Shown here: in pieces, positions 11,101-22,600 of the stretch
How the letters are laid out: the number at the start of each line of letters is the position of its first letter
How positions within the stretch are numbered: position 1 is the first letter of the stretch
Source of the DNA: Kipferlia bialata
Taxonomy: Eukaryota
DNA length: 35,686 nt
Assembly: GCA_003568945.1 (NCBI GenBank)
Contig: BDIP01000056.1
Span: forward strand, 1 to 35,686
Reading direction: 5' to 3'
Notes under the pieces: generated by a model
What the model was told of the DNA's origin: nothing
The model's input: the letters and a program-made list of their open reading frames with translations, nothing else
Database searches by the model: none
Translations under genes and position numbers: made by a program

Positions 11101-13649
11101 GGGCAGCAGGTGGTGCAGGGATTGCCTCATAGGACTTGGCAAAGTAGGCCTCGGGACTGCCTTCCTGAGAGGTCAGACTATGCTACTATACACGTGACGT
11201 ATATGAATATATGTATACATATATATACATATGCAAAGCGTCCTTCTGTTCGTACCTTGATGCCCGTCCAACTCATTCTGAGCTTGAGTCTCATGTAGGG
11301 TAGCACACCTAGGGTAAGAGATGCACAATCACACTCTCGTAACCTCTCCATGAAGGAACAAACACATTGTACTACACTATTGTACATATTGTTCCCATAG
11401 TACATGGAGTATCTATCCATACCCACCTGTCATTGGCGGCATGAATGTCTGCAGGGTTGGCTACACATCCGTATATACTTCTAGTGTACATGATATACAT
11501 ATATATGTGTGAATATATATCCACACCCGTCATGGGCGGCATGAATGTCTGCAGTGTGGGCTGCTGGACTGTGCTCTCAGGGGGGTCATTGAGGTACAGG
11601 GTCATCAGGGGTACACGTGCATAGAGTGTACGGAGAGGGGGGAGGATTGCCTGAAGTAAGGAGCATGGAGAGAGTATCTAAATAGAGGTCACTATCTGTA
11701 TTGGAAGGAGAGATTATACTGTAGAAGATGGTAGTAAGGACCCACCTCTGGCTCCTCGATGTAGTTGGCAGCGGAGGACGCCCAGGTGTACCCTCTCCTA
11801 CGATTAGCACTGGCACAATAGAGACTGTCTTTATATACATGTGGCAAAGTAATATACCTCAGCTGGTACATGATGTAGTTCTCAAATGTCCATGCATCAT
11901 AAGTATGTACTATACAATATATAATATCGAAAGAGTATATACTATATACATAACTGTGGTATCACAACCATATACAATATCCTATATACTACATTCTATA
12001 CATATACCATACCTCAGCTGGTACATGATGTAGTTCTCAAATGTCCATGCATCGTGGTACTGGGGGTGGTCACGGCCTGAGGGTCAGAGGGGTCAAGACT
12101 AAGATCATATGTATCGTGACAGTATTCTCAGAGAAGACCCACTGGTCCACTTCAACATATGTAGTGATTGTAGTGGTACTGGGGGTCGTCACGGCCTGAG
12201 GGTGGGAGGGGTCAGTGGAAACAGCATACATACATAGTATATGTATCACTGGGTGCTCTCCTATTTGAAGAGAGTGAATAGTTTGGGAATATCTTACTGA
12301 GTTCCTACTAGACACTGTATATATAGTATACTTATCTATATATATATACCTACTATTGTGGCAGCTGTGTCTATGTAGTGGTCGTATGTGCTGTTGTTAG
12401 CGTATCTCTCAGCAATGGCAGCCGGGTACTGAGCAACCAGGCCCTTGACACCTGGTGTTGATGAATATGACACTGTAGCTATAGTGATAGTGATGGTAAG
12501 TGCATATGACACTGTAGATATAGTGATAGTGATAGTGATGGTAAGTCCATACGATAGTGATTATGATACACTAGGTATATAGTAATTAATGAATCTCAAG
12601 GGGTATGATACACAATAGGTATACAATAATGTATGAATCTCTTGGGGTATGATAAACAGTATATGATGTGTACCTGGCAGGTATGGGTCTGGCAGAGCAG
12701 CGCTCGTGTAGATGTTGGAGACCTCTCCCTGGAGGTGAGATACATTGGCTGTAGAATACTACAAGGCATGATCTATATATACACTTTCAGGGACAGAATT
12801 ACCTGCAGTAGTGTATACTCCATTGCATTCGGCACGTGTTCTCTCTCATTGGAGTATGTGGGAGCCAGCTATTGTCAGATGTATGCATATCAAACACAAT
12901 CCACCGGGTCGAATAGACTTGTCAATAGGAGCGAGAGTACCTAATATATAAATTCAATGTTACATTGAATCTATGTAAGAGGTTAAACACAGTTGCTAAT
13001 GAGAGGGAGAGAGTACCTGCTTTATGACCAGGGACTCAGACGGTGGCAGAGACCCGTGGTGGGACCTGATGTCAGTGAAGAGACCACAATTTCCTATACA
13101 ATACTGTCCTACAGAAAACACTATTCCCAGTAATGAATGTACTATAGCGGATGATACTATAACACTGATACCTCGTGTCAATGGGTACCCCATTAATGTC
13201 CTGAGGAAGGAGAGCATTCTGGGGTTAGAGACATTTCCGTATATTGGATACCTACAGCAATGAAGATACTCTCACAAGTCTGGTGGATGAATCAAACATG
13301 TAGACTACACTATATGTATACCTCAGCCTCGACCAGCTGTGCCAGTTCCACCCATGGGTCATAAACATCCCTCTCCTCCTGTGTCATGATGGAGACATCA
13401 GACATCTGGGGTCAGTAAGTAAGTATACTGCACACATATATATATATATAGATATATATATGTCAACGTACATCAGGGCCACACCAGACATCTGGTAGGA
13501 GACAGTTAATACATATACACTGAGTAGAAGTCACACAGTGCAGTACAACCAAGATAGTATTGAAAGACAATTATGTGCAAGAGATGTTGGTTATAGAACC
13601 CTGTCGAGAGGGTACCGTGTGTGTATATACTATATATAGTGTATTCTCC

Positions 13650-13685
<36 letters not shown>

Positions 13686-16600
13686 GTATACCTTGTCGAG
13701 TGGGTACCGTGTGTTGTCAAACACAGTCATCGAGACTGGGACACCGTATCTCTTCATACTGGGGTGAGATTGATGTGGATTACAATCTACTGGTATAATA
13801 CTATCTAGTAAAGAATCTAGAGTAGTACTCAGTTGTTTAGAGATGTATACCAGAGTTATACTCACCTTGGGGAGATGTATTATGTATATATATCAGATAG
13901 ACCCACCTAGGTCTCTCTATCGATTACCAATAGTGAATACATATCAAATAGATTGACCCACCTAGGGGAGTTGTCACCAAAGACAGTGGCAGCTTGGTAC
14001 TGGACATTACCTGACTTGTCAGACACAGAGTAAGCAACGCGATACAGTAGGGAGATGCACACTATAGTAGGCACGTGGGAGTATGGTGGTATAGTATGGT
14101 GGTATAGTATGGTGACCCTCACCTTGGTACTGGTCTAGCAGGGTGCAGACATAGGGGTTGCCCAACATGTCATAGCCTGTGCAGGGCTCTGTTGGGTACT
14201 GGAGTCAGTTATAGAGAGCATACTCACTGTCACATACTGTATAGTAGGGCTTACATACCGTTGTATCTGATACATAGTCACTGAGCATGCACAGTTGACA
14301 GGCAGCCTCGGCCTCCTCTATGTAGCCAGCTGGGGTTATTCATTGACACTATAACAAGTATACAGAGAGAGGGAGTCTCTCATACCTACAGGCTCATCAA
14401 CGCTATCCCCAGTTTCACATACATTTTGACATATCATATATATGTGTCTCCCACCTACATACTCATCCACTAAGCCCACCATGAATGGGAACAAATGTGC
14501 CACCATGAGGTATGAGAACATGAAGCAGAGGAAGGGCAGGACAAAGATGCCAAGGAAGCCACAACGACGAGAGCTAAGAGTTAGAAAGAACTTCAAACTC
14601 AAAATAACTCCAAACTTAGAAGAACTTCAATCTTGGAAGTACTCTATACTTAGAAGAACTAACTTAGAAGAGGAAGAAGACTGTTAAGATCATATTCACT
14701 GTGAGTGTCAGTGATGATTACCTGTCCACTGCATACAGCTTGGACATCAGACCCCGTATGTATCTGGGTGTATTCAGTGGCGGGTTGAGCACATCTATCT
14801 GGGGGGTCAGTAGAGAAAGAGCAGGGTCTGCATGCAATGGTGACGACTCAACATTACCTTTGCCTCGCCTTGGGCGCGCTCTCTCTTCCTCCTCGCTCTC
14901 CTGGTGTCAGTGTAGTATTTATGAGTATTCAAACATGATACAGAATGAATGACTGAATATAGTAGATGCGTGTATGATACAGGGATTGACGCACCTACTC
15001 TCCCTCTGAGATATGGTACCCGTGTCAGTACCGTCACCTTCACCAACATAGCTGGGGTTCAGAGCGATTCACATCGGACACTAGAAATAGACTCGAATAG
15101 AGAAGATGTGGTATGCTAAGATTGTATGGGGTTATTGCATCTACCTGCCGGTCTCCGTCTCCTTTTGTGTAGGTGTAGCACCCACAGATGACCCTATCCA
15201 CTCCTCAGAACCCTCGCTGCCACCCCAGGCAAGCACCTCTCTCTGCAGTTAGGACACATACACGCATCGAGTAGTATACATGCTATTCATGACTAACTGG
15301 ATATTAAATTTGGTACCTTCTGTATGGCCCTCCTACTCTCATCTCCGCCCTCCTCTATGTGCATGTTGGCCAGTGATCTCTTATGTGATTCAGCCATGGC
15401 CCTAGAATTATTAGCTGCACGATACGTAAGACTACACGATAATTGGGGATATTGTATTATGAGTATTGAAGTTTACCTGTGGCCGACGTTGATGAACACC
15501 TCCTCCAGGCTGGTCTGGGTATGTCAGAGGGAGAGAGAGGGAAATGGGGCGAGAGAGGGGGAGAGAGGGAGGGGGAATTAGTGGAGAGCTTTCTAACTCA
15601 GGACGCCATATAGTAGGCCTAGTAGACAGAGAGTATGGGTACCTGGGTACACGATATGTCCTCTATGTACTCGAACCCCATCCCCTCTCTGGACTCTAGT
15701 ACACTGAGAAGATCAGGGAGCTTCGACTCTGTATCCTGACACGTCAGGCATAAGTAATGAGCAATCACACAACAGCCCACCGTCGGACAACACGTATATA
15801 GTAACGCAACGTATGAGTAGTAACCCCCACCTGACTGACACTGTATGTCAGGCTCTGCGCACTGTGGTCCAGGAGGGTCAGGGTGTGGGTGGGGGCCTGA
15901 GGTAAGTAGTGGAAGGAAGTAGTGAATAGAAGAGAAAAGTACTAGAATCAAGGTCTGGAATATGGTGTGCTTGGGGGCCTGAGGATATTAGTAGTATACT
16001 GAGAGAGACACATAAGGTTGGAAGCAATGAGAAGATCTTACCTCAGGGTCAGTTGCCAGTGCCTCAGTGAGAGTGCCTGGGGGGTGAGACAACTACAAGC
16101 CTATGACTCAATAGTTCAAGATATGTAGGAGAACATATGTGCTTATATGTCTGTGTATACTAGTGTATACAAGTATTCTAACCTCTGGCACCCTCCCCCT
16201 CCTCCTCCCCCACTGTGGGTGTACCACCCTCTGTGGTATCCATATACTCTATGGACATACTCTCACAGGTCCTGGGGTAAGTATACAACAGACTATACCT
16301 GCAGAAAGCCACTATGCCAAGTACATATATTCACGAAACACAAGTAGTGTGTAAACATGTATATATCAGTACCTTCTGACGGCACTGGCTATCACTGACG
16401 TGTGCGACGCAGAGTCAGCTACCACAGATATCACAAATCCAGTTCCGAACTTTGCCTTGGAGTAAGATTTAGATGTGAGACCAAAGACAGTACATACATA
16501 TGTCATAAAAGTGAAAGGTGAGACCCAAAGACAGGTACCCACTAATAAATAGACATACAATTACACACAAATACTATTCTTTGTTCTTCAGACTGTTGGC

Positions 16601-19600
16601 CCCACCTTGAGGTGCAGCACTGTGCCAAGAGCAGCAATCTGGCCCTGGAAGGTCAGAAGAGAAAGACATGTGTCAAAACGTACCTGAGCAGAGAGTGGAC
16701 TGCACTCCTGTGATGTACCTTGCTCATGATTGCCACCACATCCCCCAGCCTCTCAGCCTCTGGCATGTCATGGCTGGTCAGCATCACAGCGGGAGGGGGG
16801 GCCCACTTCCTAGGGGTTAGTACATATAAATATATGGTATCTTAGTAGTTAGACCCACTAGCGCAAGCGCGTAGTACTCTGGCTTATCGTGTAGCTTATA
16901 CCCGTACCTCCTGAGGTGTCCGTGTCTGCCGTATGTGGGCATCTGCTGCTTCTGTCCTGTGATGGCCTCCACTGCAGTCCACACAGTGTGTCTGGCAATG
17001 GGGTCTAGGCCTTAGGTTAGACTCTAAAATATACACGACATATATGTGGAGAGAGAGAGAGAGTACGAGGTTACAGAGTGTCTGGCAATGGGGTCAAGGC
17101 CTGGGGTGAAAACACTGATTGCTCTCTGACCATAAGCAATTCGTACATATTCATACCCCTCTACATACCTGTGGATGGCTCGTCCAGGAGATTATACTAT
17201 ACACATATATACATAATATCCACTGTAAATCTATCAATACTATATAAATAGTTACCTATACCTGTTGCGGGCTCGTCCAGGATGACCAGTACATATATAT
17301 ATATAGTAGAACTCACATACGTATATAAATATATATATTCATATACATATACACATACCCGTAGAGGGCTCGTCCAGTATGACCAGCTTGGGACACCCGC
17401 TAAAGGCCATGGCTATGCAGAGACGCCTCAGCATACCACCAGAGAACCTAAAGGTAAGATGGGAAACCCTATACATACATACCGGTACGTGTAGTATATA
17501 TGTGAGCATATAGAGGAATATGATGTATGATGTACACGTACTGTCCAGCTGGCTTGTTCTTGACATCGAGTAGGTCCACATAGCCCAGTAGCTCATGGGC
17601 CATGGCCTTGATGCACCTCTTGGGTATGCCTGGAGTGAGGGTGTCAACACATCAGAAACTGCTATTTCATGTTATGATATATATGTGGCATACCCCTAAA
17701 TCGTACATACTCACATGTACTGCATGGGAATATATACACATATATGTATTATTACCATAAACTCATATATATATATATGACATACTAACCCTTGATCATG
17801 CAGACTATCCACATGTGCTGGATGGGTGACAGGGAGGGCCAGATGGTGGTGTTGCCCTGGGGGCATATGCCTAGGGTGCGCCTGGTTGTATAAGAGAGAA
17901 TATCATGAGGTATTAACAATTCACACACTTATGGTCACTATCTATAATAGTACACATACACATCTTATCTGCAGAGGGTGCTATATATATATATATATAT
18001 ATAGTATACCTGATCTGCAGCGGGTGCTTGTTTAGTGCGTGGCCACTGATCCATGCCTTGCCCAGTCTAGAGGAGACGGGGTTGTCAGGCTTCAGAGTGC
18101 CTGGAGTCAGTTGGATACTGTAGAACACTCCTATATATATGAGAACAGCACCCGCTACTCAAGAGTGGACATATGGCGAGATACTCACCTGTGAGCATGT
18201 CTATTGTGGTACTCTTCCCTGCCCCATTGTGACCCAGGAGACAGAAGGTCTGGCCCTGCTTGATCCTGGGATGAGATGCACAATATAGACCAATCATATA
18301 CTTACGTATATAGTATTAAGATAGTGTATATATATGACATATGTATCTAGTGTGTAGGTCTGACCCTGCTTGATCCTGAGGGGTAAGATAGATCTATATA
18401 TAACAATTGTATACAATAGAGAAGTGTGCAGGAGTATATATACATGACAATAGTATCTGAAGTGAAGGTGAGCCCTCCTTGATCCTAAAAGATGAGATAT
18501 ATAGAGATATATAACGGAATAGCAACTCATTTGGATGGAACGACTACAGGACTGTAAGAACTCGGTATAATATCAAAGCTCAGAGCGAAGCACATAATTG
18601 GTACACGAACTCACTCCACCAGGAGTAGACATCTGCTCTGACGATATGTATATGGAATCGTACCTCAGAGTGACTCCATTCACCGCCTTGTTGTACTCTC
18701 TCTTCCCAGACTGGAAGGTCTTATCCAGAGAGTGGGCAACAACCTATCCAGTGAGATACCGGTATTAGTAAAGTGGTATGTGAGCAATCGCTACAATCTG
18801 TAAACTACAATACATATAGTGAGTGTTCACTGTACACTCACCACTGCCTTGTCGAGAGCGGGGTGGGTCAGGACAGACACCATCTCCTGTCTCACATCTG
18901 GGGTGACATGTGTGTATATATATATATACTATTAGTATATATACTCAATGCTATATATATAGGTAGGAATACTAGTATGTGACTCGGGGCAGACACCATC
19001 TCCTGCCTCACATCTGGTGGGTGAGATATATCAATATTAATACATATATATATATAGCCATATATACAGATATGTATATACACAGCCATACTATATATAG
19101 ATATGAATACATATGTAAATAGATGTGGGGGTGAAGGTAGACACCATCTCCTGCCCCACATCTGGGGTCAGACCTATACATAAAATGACATAGGGGGGAT
19201 ATAGTGAAAGTGTGGGTGTGTTAAAGTAGCTCTCTGTGGCGGGTGTAAGATGTACCTGAGTCCAGAGGCTCTAGTCTGTCAGCCGTCCCTGCTGCCTCAT
19301 TGTAGGGGAGAGGGACACGCTTGTGCTTGTCTGCACAATGAGACAAGGAGAGAGATAATTAAGGACATACCCAAAGTCTATAGTGTGTATCAGTATATGA
19401 TAGATGCATAGTCCAATATAGTACTATGATAGCTCAAATGCGTGAGACAAAGATCAGTCATTGCATGATAGTGTTCGTGTATATAGTGCTATCATAGTTC
19501 TGACACTGCATATTGTGCTTGTCTGTATTGAGACAAAGATCAGAAATTGCAGTGGCCATACCCAAGAGGTGTATACAAATATGATATATCTATTGTCCAT

Positions 19601-22600
19601 GACAGTACTCTAATACTTCAAATGCGTACCTCTCTTCTCCGCAGGCACAGTCTCAGACCAGTAACTCCTGGGAGGTCAGGATAGGGACGAAGACTACAGC
19701 CAGAAAGTACCTTCCAGAATAGTAATCATTTACACTGGATACAGATTGAGTATAGTACATGTACCTCTAAAGCCATCATATACACTCGGTATACTATATT
19801 GTGTGTTTCGTCTACACATATAGAGTAAAGAGAGTGTACCTCTTCAGAAGCTGGAAGGGGTTGCGTCCTGGACTGCCGTTGGAAGGCATCCACTCCCCTG
19901 GGGGTAAGAGAACATTGGATATACTACTATAGCCAAACAGCATATCAGTATCATCATTGGGTAAGAGCACAATGGAGATAATACACTAAAGCATTGTGTC
20001 CATATCATACATGGAGTGCAGTGTAAACTATACACTTCCACCCATTACTGTAATACAACGATAGTTAACATAAAGACTATACATGCTACATTACCTACCA
20101 CCCATGTGACAAGCAGCCACACGACCGAGTTGACCAGCATATTGATGAGGGCACTTGAGACAGGAGGGGTGTTGTACACACAACCTGGAGTCGGACGAAT
20201 CAATTAATGACGTTATTGCCTTGTACCATCTCTTTGTAGGATATATATGCTACTAGACCAGAATACCAAATCCCAAACACTTGTGGGTCCTCATCTGTCA
20301 CTATACTATAGCCACTACTCTACCTGTGTATCTCAGCATCATGAATACACACTGATCATATTGTAGTAGTATACCTGTTCCCAGGCACTTGTACCCATCG
20401 TACTGGTACAGGTCAGACCCAAAGAGCATCGAAAAGGTGAATCTAGGGTCAGAGAGAGAGATGTCTATACCACAGCGAACATTGACATTAACAACCAACA
20501 ATATATAGATTTATATACCTCTCTGTGGGTGGCACCAGTATGGTCTCGTATGTCTTCATGTCTATCCTCAGGGTGGGGAACACTACTATGTACACAGCCC
20601 TGAGGGTAAGACTTATACTAATACATATCAATGACAATGAAACGATGAGTATATAGTATCAGCCAACTGGGTGTTTCACAAAGTGAAAGTATATCAGTGA
20701 GAATACAATGGGTATGTGATTGTAGAAAGATACGTACGATAGTGCGACTGCAAACGGCACGAAGGGGAAGACGTTGAACAGGACAGTCTGGAGACCAGAG
20801 GGTATGAAGGAAGGGTCGTAGAAGAGGAGGTCTCCGTACATGTGACCTATCATAGGGCACATAATGCCTAGGGTGAGATGCATAGATAGAGAGACACACC
20901 ATCATAGCGAGAGGGTGAACACTTACCGAATATATAGATTCAAGTATATCCAGAAAGCATGGAAATTGTCAGACTTAAATATGGGTAATAATTCAAACTG
21001 AGACTGTGCTGGATACACACATAGGAGACATGCAATCATGGCCCTTATGATACAAATGAATACATATACACTGACTACCAATACCTATGATGGTTACCAA
21101 CAAGCATGCAATCATGGCCCCTATGATGCCAGATGTGACACACCCTACTAACAGACCGATGGAAGTGGCAGCGAAACCAAAGATGAAGAAGATCGTGAAG
21201 GTCACCTCTAAGAGTAAGTTTAGAGAGGGAGAGAGAGAGTATGGGAAACAAAAGACGAAAAAGATGGTGAAGGCGACTTCTTAAGGTTAGCCACATAAGA
21301 GAAGGAGTGAAAGAGACAACAACTCTGTAAGAAGAGAGGGACAAGCATAGAGAGCTAAGAGTCTGAGAAGAAAGTGAGAGAGCCTCGCAAGGTACGCACC
21401 GACATCTACGTATCCAAATATGTCGCAGTCTGGTATGGAGTGGAGGAGGTACAGGAAGGGCACAAGGGTGAGTGTGTACACAATCATCTGGACAAGTGAC
21501 CAGCTGAGCCAGTACAGTGGGTCCCTAGAGTGAGAAGACAACTCGATATACATATATAGATTATATATACATAGAAAGAGAGAGAGTAGCAGCTCAGCCA
21601 GTAGAGGGGGTCTCTGAGTGTCAGTGTCAGTCCACTGCCGCGTAGATACTTAGTCCCAGAAGATGTGTTGCGTTTCGTTTACCTGACCCCCATCACTCTG
21701 AGTGCTGTGAGCTTCCCCTGTCTCTTCTCCACCACTGCACTCTGGGCCACCATGAAGATCTGAGAGTTAGAAATACATATACATATTCACTTACAAACAC
21801 ATCAAGCCATTCACGTGAAGATCTAAGAGTGAGACAAGAAGTCATACACAGAACGAACACTACATCGACATCTAGCCGGTGAGACTGGTTTCCACAATGC
21901 ATGTCACTCCTCCATCACAGTCACAAAGAGCGAGGGAAGAGGCTGAGAGGAAATGCAGTAGTACCTGATAGGCGACGACCATCGTAAGCAGGACTGCACT
22001 GGTCAGGGGATCTGGAGTGTGAGAGAGAAACAACCGGGAACATACCAATAAATATAGGTATAGAGAGGGAGAGGGTATATACGGTATATACAGTATATAT
22101 ACAGTATATATAGTTGGTTATTACGATCCCATACCTGGCACCAAGAATGTGTCTGCCACACCTCTAGAGGGGTAACCCTTCACCTAGGGTGTTAGAATAT
22201 ACTATAGAGATAGCATCGGGTATGACAGACATACGATGAGGGATTCCCATTCGTCTGGTGTATTAGACATCCCATAGGGAAAGGGGTACATGACATCGTT
22301 GATGAGTATATGCTTGAAGTCTACATGATATACATGATATATACGTACCAGCGGGTCAAATATCGTCCCAGACTGCTCATATACAATGGCCTTCTCAATA
22401 GCATGCTGTGCATAGAGAGTGAAGCCTGACCACTGGACCTGGGATATGAGTTACATATATTATATATATATAATAGAAAATAGTATTACATATACATTAT
22501 GACATATTATGTAGTGGAATGGACAATAAGTTCAAATAAAACACAAAGACTACTGGCCCTAGGGGTACTAGTGATACATCATTGAGACAATAGAATCGCT

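Noticed and set aside
14460..16370. Two separate half-size ABCA genes
   Set aside because: In-phase exons continue past TSLEEVF toward the TMD2 helix with no stop or new start seen.
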